Positions 7,643-13,780 of a DNA stretch of 13,780 nt are shown here, piece by piece. The notes beneath the pieces were generated by a model. It was not told where the DNA came from, searched no databases, and saw only the letters and a program-made list of their open reading frames with translations. The first letter of the stretch is position 1, and each line of letters opens with the position of its first letter. The stretch comes from Candidatus Cryosericum sp. (lineage in GTDB: Bacteria; Caldisericota; Caldisericia; Cryosericales; Cryosericaceae). The DNA lies in assembly GCA_049699855.1 (NCBI GenBank), contig JBNAWM010000034.1, positions 1-13,780 on the forward strand, written 5' to 3'. A program made the position numbers and the translations under genes.

Positions 7643-8725
7643 ATGCAGGCATGGACCCACCGACTTGACGACTATGACGAGGAACGACTGACCGAGGTGT
7701 TCACAAGCCACCAGGAGTTTCTCCTGGGCGGCCTGCTCGCTGGCGACACCGTTCTGGTTAAACCTAACATCCTGCAGGAAGCCAAACCCGAGCGGGCGCT
7801 GACCACTGACCCGCGCTTCGTTCACGCCTTTGTCCGGTTCCTGCTGGACCACGGACTGCACGTCGTGGTCGGCGACATTCCCGGCAACTATGTGCCCAAC
7901 GAGCGTCTGGCTGCCGACTTTGGCCTCGAGGAATACGCACGCGACGAGCGCGTCACCATCCGTCACCTCGACCAGTATGGGTTCAGGCCTGTTCACCTCC
8001 AGCACCCACGGAGTCCACGGCCCGTCACCCTTCCCGACGTCCTGTGGCGCTGCAAGGTCATCTTCAACCTGCCCAAGGCCAAGACCCATTCGCTCACGCT
8101 GGTAACGGGCGCCGTCAAGAACCTGTTTGGGCTTACGCCCAAGGCTGAGCGCACCGCCCTCCACATGATCCCCTCTGCAGATGAATTTGCCCGCTGCGTT
8201 CTGGACCTGCATGCCGCTCTCCCCATCCCAGAGCGCATCGTCATCGACGGCATCCTCGGCATGGAAGGTGAAGGCCCCTCGGCCGGCAGGCCCAGACATC
8301 TGCGAACTGTCATTGTCGCCGATGATGCCGTGCTTGCCGACTGGGCGATGTGTTCCGTGATGGGAATCGACTGGAACCTGACGCCTCTTGCACGCGTCGT
8401 TCCGGCCCCGGACGCCACAGCCGTGAGCGGCGACCTCACTCCCATCCGGCCGCCCTTCCGCAGACCCCGCAGTTATCTGGGAGGAGCTGTGGTGGGGATC
8501 GCCGCAACATTCCAGCGCCTCGCCGGAGCCTCCAACCGGCCCATCCCTGTGGTGGATACCAGCAAATGCGTCAAATGCGGCATCTGTGCACAGCGGTGCC
8601 CCGCCGGCGCCATCACACTCAAGCCCTATCCGCAATTCGACCGCACCACGTGCGTCCTGTGCTACTGCTGTCATGAGATGTGTCCCGAGCAGGCCATTGT
8701 CCTGCGCCATACCCTGCATCGTTGA
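7643..8725 (+). CDS. DUF362-domain protein with C-terminal 2x[4Fe-4S] ferredoxin domain
   Basis: 360 aa. VLVKPNIL, TTDPRFV, NLPKAKTH, TGAVKNLFG, IDGILGMEGEGPSAG; CVKCGICAQRCP and CVLCYCCHEMCP. Confidence 0.9.
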   Translation: MQAWTHRLDDYDEERLTEVFTSHQEFLLGGLLAGDTVLVKPNILQEAKPERALTTDPRFVHAFVRFLLDHGLHVVVGDIPGNYVPNERLAADFGLEEYARDERVTIRHLDQYGFRPVHLQHPRSPRPVTLPDVLWRCKVIFNLPKAKTHSLTLVTGAVKNLFGLTPKAERTALHMIPSADEFARCVLDLHAALPIPERIVIDGILGMEGEGPSAGRPRHLRTVIVADDAVLADWAMCSVMGIDWNLTPLARVVPAPDATAVSGDLTPIRPPFRRPRSYLGGAVVGIAATFQRLAGASNRPIPVVDTSKCVKCGICAQRCPAGAITLKPYPQFDRTTCVLCYCCHEMCPEQAIVLRHTLHR

Positions 8726-8768
8726 ATTGTGAATCCCCTTAGTACCAGGTACAATGGTCTTCACAATT
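8725..8768 (+). promoter_or_regulatory. Promoter of the VIT1 gene embedded in a nested inverted repeat
   Basis: TTGTGA (8727-8732), 17 bp, TACAAT (8750-8755). Outer IR AATTGTGAA (8725-8733)/TTCACAATT (8760-8768); inner IR GTACC-A-GGTAC (8742-8752). Confidence 0.6.
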
Positions 8769-8793
8769 GAAAGTGGAATGAAAGGAGTCGCCC

Positions 8794-9876
8794 ATGATTG
8801 ATGAGACAACCAGCGCGCTCAGCTTCTATGCCGATGAGCGTGGCGCATCACGCCTGTATGGATACCTGTCAGCATCCGAGAAAGACCCTGACATGCAGGA
8901 GAAATTTGCTGAACTGGCCCGGGTGGAGGGTGTTCACATGGCCTTCTGGCGCGCCTTTCTTCTCAAGCGGGGCATTACTCCCCCGGAACCCTCGCGGCTG
9001 TCGTTCGCCTGGATGCGGCTGCTGCGGCGCGTCCTGGGGACCCGTCGCTACCTGTCCCTTCTTGAAATCAGTGAGTCGACAGCCGTGGATGCCTATTACG
9101 AGTTCCTTGGGTCCGCGACGCTGGAGGAAGCCGAGAAGGCGGCGATCGCCCGCATCATTGAGGACGAGCTGGGCCACGAGGAGGAGCTGGAGGAGCAGTT
9201 CAATGCCCTGCCCAAGGACAATGTCCGCGACTTCGTGATGGGCATGAACGACGGGCTGGTTGAACTGCTGGGAGCCGTCACAGGCCTTTCGGCGGTCTAC
9301 CCGACTCGCCCCGAGATCGTGGGCATCAACGGCCTGGTCGTCGGCCTCGCGGGTGCGCTGTCCATGGCCATCGGCACCTGGGTCTCGGTCCGCAGCCAGC
9401 GCCAGGTCAACGAGGGAATCCGGCGCAGGACTGAACTCCTCTTCAGCGTTGCCCCCGCTCGGGCACAGGCAGAGCTGGCCGAGAAGCTGACAGCATCCGG
9501 GATGCCCGCCGATCTGACCGAGGAGATCACCGGGAAGCTTGCTTCCAACAAGGAAGCCATGATCGGGCTGCTCACCGAGCACGCTCCCTCAGATGAGATC
9601 CGCAGTGCGCTGTTTACAGGAGCTGCCTACATCATCGGTCTGCTGTTCCCGGTCCTCCCCTACTTCTTCACAAAGAACTCGTTCATTGCCCTCGTATTCA
9701 GCGTTCTCTTCGCCGGGCTCGCCCTGGCCACGGTCGCAAGCATCATTACGTTGACTGCCGGGAGCAACGCCTTCCGCCGCAAGATCCGTGAGATGGTCAT
9801 CACGGGCCTTGGGGCCGCAGCAGCATCCTACGCTTTTGGGCGCCTCGTCCAGGCAGTGTTTGGCATCAAAGTCTGA
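8794..9876 (+). CDS. VIT1/CCC1 family iron transporter with N-terminal ferritin-like (erythrin) diiron domain (MbfA-like architecture)
   Basis: 360 aa. ADERGASRLY, ELARVEGVH (ExxH), LEISE, IEDELGH (ExxH); VIT1 motifs VRDFVMGMNDGLVE and AGALSMAIGTWVSVRSQ; C-terminal TM helices. SD AAGGAG. Confidence 0.92.
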   Translation: MIDETTSALSFYADERGASRLYGYLSASEKDPDMQEKFAELARVEGVHMAFWRAFLLKRGITPPEPSRLSFAWMRLLRRVLGTRRYLSLLEISESTAVDAYYEFLGSATLEEAEKAAIARIIEDELGHEEELEEQFNALPKDNVRDFVMGMNDGLVELLGAVTGLSAVYPTRPEIVGINGLVVGLAGALSMAIGTWVSVRSQRQVNEGIRRRTELLFSVAPARAQAELAEKLTASGMPADLTEEITGKLASNKEAMIGLLTEHAPSDEIRSALFTGAAYIIGLLFPVLPYFFTKNSFIALVFSVLFAGLALATVASIITLTAGSNAFRRKIREMVITGLGAAAASYAFGRLVQAVFGIKV

Positions 9877-10045
9877 CGCAGGGAGGAATGCCATGGCTGA
9901 TCAGGAAACACGACGAGACCAGACAGCAAGCAGTCTTCGGGAAGGCGAGAGCGCGCTTGCGAAAAGCGAAGAACGCTATCGCCTGCTGTTCACAAACATG
10001 ACCGCAGGCTTTGCCGTCCATGAACTGCTTTATGACAAGAACTGA

Positions 10046-11602
10046 GTGCCTGTGGACTACCGCTTCCTTGACGCCAACCCCGCCTTTGAGTCTCTTACCG
10101 GACTCTCGATCGCGGCCATCCGCGGGCGCACAGCTCGCGAGGTCATGCCTGACTTGGAACAGAGCTGGATAGAGACCTATGCGCGCGTAGTCCGGACGCA
10201 AGCCCCGACCCTCTTCGAGGACTATGCACGCTCTCTGGGGAAGTGGTTTGAAGTCCGCGCCTTCAGCACAGGGGGAGATCAATTCGCAACGATCTTCACC
10301 AACATCACCGAGCGCAAGCAGATGGAGGACAAGCTGCGGGTTGCGCAGCTGCAGTGGGACCAGTTCCTGGAGACGTCGCCCGACGAAATGTGGATCAAGG
10401 ATGCGGCGGGCAGGTATGTGGCTGCCAACAAGACGTTCCGCATGGTGGACCCCAGCAGGGGCGGGGACATCATCGGCAAGACGGATGCGGAATGCTTTTC
10501 CCCGGAGCGCGCCGCTGCCTACGTAGCAGATGACCAGATCGCCATCGAGAAAGGGGTCAGCGAAGGAGAGTTCACGGCTGTTGGTGTCGATGGCAAGCTT
10601 CGCTACTTCCTTACCAAGAAAGTCGTTCTGCACACGCCCGACGGAGCGGTCGCCGGCACGCTTGGCGTCAGCCGGGACATCACCGAGCGCAAGCAGATGG
10701 AGGACAAGCTGCGGGTTGCACAGCTGCAGTGGGACCAGTTCCTGGAGACGTCGCCCGACGAAATGTGGATCAAGGATGCGGCGGGCAGGTATGTGGCTGC
10801 CAACAAGACGTTCCGCATGGTGGACCCCAGCAGGGGCGGGGACATCATCGGCAAGACGGATGCGGAATGCTTTTCCCCGGAGCGCGCCGCTGCCTACGTA
10901 GCAGATGACCAGATCGCCATCGAGAAAGGGGTCAGCGAAGGAGAGTTCACGGCTGTTGGTGTCGATGGCAAGCTTCGCTACTTCCTTACCAAGAAAGTCG
11001 TTCTGCACACGCCCGACGGAGCGGTCGCCGGCACGCTTGGCGTCAGCCGGGACATCACCGAGCGCAAGCAGATGGAGCAGAAGCTGGAGGAAATGGCCAC
11101 GCACGACTTTCTCACGGGACTGCCCAACAGGGTCCTGCTCATCGACCGTTTCAACATCGCTGCCGCGCTGGCTCACCGCAACAAGTCCAAGCTGGCCATC
11201 ATGTCGCTGGACCTCGACAAGTTCAAGTCCATCAATGACACGTTTGGACACGACGTGGGAGATCAGGTGCTGAAAATCATCGGCAGGCGCCTCACGAGGA
11301 TCATGCGCGCCAGCGACACGTTTGCCCGCGTGGGTGGCGACGAGTTCATCTCGGTGATGATGGAAACAAGCCAGATGGACGACGCCAGGAGGGTTGCCCA
11401 GAAGATCCTTGACTCGTTTTCTGAGCCGCTTTTGGTAGGTGGTCACCAGTTGCACGTGTCCACCAGCATCGGCATAGCAGTGTACCCCGACGACGGCGAT
11501 GACCTGGAAACCCTGACCCGGAAATCGGACGCGGCCATGTACTTCTCAAAGAACCACGGACGCAACCAGTTCTCGTTCTACCAGGGTGAGGACGCCAGCT
11601 GA
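10046..11602 (+). CDS. Diguanylate cyclase, open portion after the TGA (partial PAS, two identical PAS/PAC, GGDEF)
   Basis: ATHDFLTGLPNR, LDLDKFKSINDTFGHDVGDQVL, I-site RASD five residues before an intact GGDEF, SIGIAVYP, DAAMYFSKNHGRNQ. GTG start lacks a good SD. Confidence 0.8.
   Translation: MPVDYRFLDANPAFESLTGLSIAAIRGRTAREVMPDLEQSWIETYARVVRTQAPTLFEDYARSLGKWFEVRAFSTGGDQFATIFTNITERKQMEDKLRVAQLQWDQFLETSPDEMWIKDAAGRYVAANKTFRMVDPSRGGDIIGKTDAECFSPERAAAYVADDQIAIEKGVSEGEFTAVGVDGKLRYFLTKKVVLHTPDGAVAGTLGVSRDITERKQMEDKLRVAQLQWDQFLETSPDEMWIKDAAGRYVAANKTFRMVDPSRGGDIIGKTDAECFSPERAAAYVADDQIAIEKGVSEGEFTAVGVDGKLRYFLTKKVVLHTPDGAVAGTLGVSRDITERKQMEQKLEEMATHDFLTGLPNRVLLIDRFNIAAALAHRNKSKLAIMSLDLDKFKSINDTFGHDVGDQVLKIIGRRLTRIMRASDTFARVGGDEFISVMMETSQMDDARRVAQKILDSFSEPLLVGGHQLHVSTSIGIAVYPDDGDDLETLTRKSDAAMYFSKNHGRNQFSFYQGEDAS
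10302..11077 (+). repeat. Tandem duplication, period 375 bp (125 codons, one PAS/PAC unit)
   Basis: 10302-10676 equals 10677-11051 except G10345/A10720 (GCG vs GCA, Ala). The 26-mer ACATCACCGAGCGCAAGCAGATGGAG occurs at 10302, 10677 and 11052. Confidence 0.97.
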
Positions 11603-11636
11603 CAATCAGCGCCGCCATTAGCGCTAGAATGGGTAT

Positions 11637-11852
11637 TGATGCAACACTCTGACCAATGATACGAAAGTGTGAAGAAGTTGGTGTACGGCCCGGTGTCAAA
11701 GCACGTAGCACAGGTGGCAATACAACACTGAAGGCCCGGCGGGCAAGCACCGAGCCCCAGATGCCGACAGGACAATACAAGGAAGGTTTCGACGACCTTC
11801 CCCTCTTCTCCTCCCTCCACATCGCCCGGCTGCCCTGCCGGGCGATCTCTTT
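11637..11852 (+). ncRNA. Candidate small structured RNA (no family assigned)
   Basis: -10-like TAGAAT at 11625-11630; irregular stem 11678-11753; hairpin GGAAGGT/ACCTTCC 11781-11801; CU-rich tract; terminator hairpin. No SD-led ORF. Confidence 0.3.
11821..11852 (+). terminator. Intrinsic terminator-like hairpin
   Basis: Perfect 10-bp stem ATCGCCCGGC/GCCGGGCGAT, 6-nt loop, followed by CTCTTT. Confidence 0.65.
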
Positions 11853-12051
11853 GTGTGCCCGACGCGAGACGCGGCGTCCAATTTTGCCTGTTGTCGAACT
11901 GAAAATCCGCTATACTGAAAATGGTGCACAGGCGTCTGCAGTCTTTGAAAGGGGATTCTGAACTGCCGAGTGCACGGGCGATCGCACCCCCACTTCGTGC
12001 GTGTGGCCGTCCGTTGCCGTGGGACAACGTACTGGCCGCAAGGAGGATTGA

Positions 12052-12423
12052 ATGACGCTTCGTATTGAGCCGGCCGAGCCGATCACCGTGGAAGTCGGCC
12101 TCGGTCTGGGTACCTCGAGGACTGTGACAGTCCACTGGGAAGCAGGAACACTGTACGCGCGCGCAGGCATGGAGCCACAGGTTGCGTTCCAGCCTTCGCT
12201 TGAGGCATGGAAGCACTTCTGGCGCGCCGTCGACAAGGCAGACGTCTGGAGTTGGGACCGCATTCCACAGGGCGACCAGCCCGTGCTGTGGCGCCTCGCG
12301 CTGGACAGTGGCAGGAAGCACGTCACTGCATCAGGCCAATCCACCGCCTCCGACGAGTTCAAGACCTTTGTGCGTGCCCTCAAAAAACTGCTTCCCGGCA
12401 TCAGCATCCCCTTTTCCACATGA
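12052..12423 (+). CDS. Hypothetical Trp-rich protein (123 aa)
   Basis: Strong [30 protein letters not shown]...VLWRLAL...ASGQS...[12 protein letters not shown] pattern looks like a real globular protein of unknown function. Confidence 0.8.
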   Translation: MTLRIEPAEPITVEVGLGLGTSRTVTVHWEAGTLYARAGMEPQVAFQPSLEAWKHFWRAVDKADVWSWDRIPQGDQPVLWRLALDSGRKHVTASGQSTASDEFKTFVRALKKLLPGISIPFST

Positions 12424-12458
12424 CCACTCCCACAACAACCATTTATCCGGAGGAACCC

Positions 12459-13780
12459 GTGTCCATCACCAGATTTGTCGTCAAGAAAGAAGACATCGAC
12501 CGCACTGCGTGGCAGCAGGTGCTGGTCGAAGCCGACCAGAAACTCTGCTCGGTGTACGCAAAACTATTCTACCAGCGCGCGCAGGAAGCAGGCAAGGCAC
12601 ACGACTCGCGCACGGAGGCCGTTTACACATTCCTCGGCGCCGTTGCGTCGCCCGAGCTTAAGCTGGAAACTCCGTCGCGCGACCCCTTTGTGCCTGCCGC
12701 CGACCTGCAGTACTCACGTACGCCGCTCCCTGAGGATTTCTCAGCTGACGAACTGCGTATCATTAAGCAGTTGATCGAGAGCGTCCAGGATGCCGAGTTC
12801 CGCTCGCGCCTGGCTGACATCCTCTGGGTACGCCAGGGCGACCCCAGCGTGGCCAGTCTGGCCGTCGACAGCTACCTGAGCAGCGCTCTGCGCCTCAAGG
12901 ATGTTGTCCAATGGGCCGACGGCTATGACCGGCTGAAGCGCTCCTTCGACATTGCCGTTTTCCTGGGCAAGGAGACAAAGGCATATCGCAAGACCATCGA
13001 TTATCTCCAGAAACAGCTCAGTGAGTTTGGATCCGAAGAGCCAACCCCCTGGTGGGCCAAGCTCATCAACCTGCTGCTGGATGCCGGTGAAGGCAATGCC
13101 TCCCGATTTGCCAGCATCTGTGGAACCAGCGCCCAGCGCTGTGAAGCGGCCGGCCAGTGGGAGACGGCACGCCTGTACTGGCAGGTGAAGGCTCGCTGTG
13201 AAGCGGTTGCCGGGCAGGAGAAGAACAAGGAGATCGCTTTGAAGCGTGCTTCCGATACGTATGTCAAACAGGCCGAAACCGTGCAGTCCGAGGCCCAGCC
13301 CATCACCGACCACGCGCTGGAGCTGCTGCGCAGCGCCATGGAGTCGCTCGCCAAGGTGCCCGGCAATGAGCAGGCAGTCATCGAGCTCAAGAAGCAGGTG
13401 GACGCGCTGGAACTGAAGCGCAATGAGGCTCCCATGAAGAAGCCGTCGCGCATGGATCCGGCCGGCATCACGCAATGGGCACGCGAACAGGTGAAGAGCA
13501 AAGATCTGCGCACGGCTCTCGTCGCGCTCGCCAACCTGGCCGAAACGCCCAAACCCGCCGAACTGGAAGAGCAGGTCGATGCCAAGACCGGCAGAATGCC
13601 GTTTCAATACCTCATCACCACGGTCGGCATGGACCAGGAAGGCAAGGCCTCGTCGCATCCGCCGGCTGCCTTCACAGGTGACACCCGCGAGGTCCGCACC
13701 GCCAAGGAAGCCGAATTGTACCAGGAAGCGGCTCGCAACCGCCAGATTGCCGTTCTCGCCCTGATCGATCCGGCACGTCG
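12459..13780 (+). CDS. Large alpha-helical protein resembling the N-terminal region of DUF4209 (HEPN-like) proteins (3' end outside window)
   Basis: GGAGG then GTG 12459; open for 440 codons to the edge, absent from the track. [22 protein letters not shown]...DPFVP...[13 protein letters not shown]...[14 protein letters not shown]...ASLAVDSYL...ALIDPAR. CDS call is firm; family assignment is from motif recall only. Confidence 0.8.
   Translation, partial: MSITRFVVKKEDIDRTAWQQVLVEADQKLCSVYAKLFYQRAQEAGKAHDSRTEAVYTFLGAVASPELKLETPSRDPFVPAADLQYSRTPLPEDFSADELRIIKQLIESVQDAEFRSRLADILWVRQGDPSVASLAVDSYLSSALRLKDVVQWADGYDRLKRSFDIAVFLGKETKAYRKTIDYLQKQLSEFGSEEPTPWWAKLINLLLDAGEGNASRFASICGTSAQRCEAAGQWETARLYWQVKARCEAVAGQEKNKEIALKRASDTYVKQAETVQSEAQPITDHALELLRSAMESLAKVPGNEQAVIELKKQVDALELKRNEAPMKKPSRMDPAGITQWAREQVKSKDLRTALVALANLAETPKPAELEEQVDAKTGRMPFQYLITTVGMDQEGKASSHPPAAFTGDTREVRTAKEAELYQEAARNRQIAVLALIDPAR

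Larger units (their letters stand above)
9893..11602 (+). pseudogene. PAS-PAS-PAS-GGDEF diguanylate cyclase interrupted by an in-frame TGA at 10043-10045 (pseudogene, split gene or sequence error)
   Basis: GGAGG then ATG 9893: MADQETRRDQ...SEERYRLLFTNMTAGFAVHELLYDKN*VPVDYRFLDANPAFE, with the PAS sequence continuing in frame across the stop. Would be 569 aa if read through. Confidence 0.7.

Noticed and set aside
7592..7645. Readthrough fusion of MFS and DUF362 (same frame)
   Set aside because: A second in-frame stop (TAG 7631-7633) lies in the spacer and the DUF362 gene has its own SD.
8727..8766. Canonical Rex operator
   Set aside because: Half-sites are 26 bp apart rather than 4; kept only as an unassigned dyad.
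6416..8809. 797-aa minus-strand ORF spanning the MFS and DUF362 genes
   Set aside because: Codon-register antisense shadow of two sense genes that share a frame; no recognisable motifs. Similar shadows occur over other genes here.
10043..10045. TGA as selenocysteine or genome-wide TGA=Gly/Trp code
   Set aside because: The position corresponds to Gly, not Cys, and I see no clear SECIS-like hairpin after it. Many neighbouring genes end in TGA at their expected family lengths (5320, 7594, 8725, 9876, 11602).
10302..11077. 26-bp repeat x3 as a CRISPR array or mobile-element ends
   Set aside because: Intervening 349-bp segments are near-identical and in-frame coding; no cas, transposase or reverse transcriptase gene is present.
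11656..11961. 101-aa plus-strand ORF in the intergenic region
   Set aside because: No SD, runs through a terminator hairpin and a putative promoter, and has no recognisable protein features.
11637..12050. Known RNA families (tmRNA from GGTTTCGACG, T-box from AGGTGGCA, guanidine-I, lysine, c-di-GMP or c-di-AMP riboswitch)
   Set aside because: Only short fragments resemble each consensus; the other required elements are missing by eye. Needs cmscan.
9866..13658. Minus-strand ORFs 9866-11455, 11578-12321 and 12741-13658
   Set aside because: Antisense to SD-led plus-strand genes and lacking motifs of their own.

Overview
Moderately GC-rich bacterial chromosomal window with anaerobe-type gene content; taxonomy cannot be fixed from the sequence. 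No rRNA, tRNA, CRISPR array or transposase was seen. Left to right: a minus-strand 7TM/3xPAS sensor histidine kinase running off the left edge (missing from the ORF track); a MarR-flavodiiron protein (fprA) operon; a YgeA-like amino-acid racemase and two translationally coupled hypotheticals; an MFS transporter plus DUF362/2x[4Fe-4S] protein behind a strong promoter and structured leader; a ferritin-like/VIT1 iron-transporter fusion; a PAS-PAS-PAS-GGDEF diguanylate cyclase; a ~450 bp intergenic region with a candidate sRNA; and a two-gene unit whose large helical product (runs off the right edge, missing from the ORF track) resembles the N-terminal part of DUF4209/HEPN-type proteins. Main observations: (i) the cyclase gene has an in-frame TGA at codon 51; (ii) it carries a 375-bp tandem PAS duplication with one synonymous difference; (iii) the same PAS module (90/120 aa identical by hand count) occurs in the kinase about 9 kb away on the opposite strand; (iv) a possible HEPN-type defence or toxin pair at the right edge.
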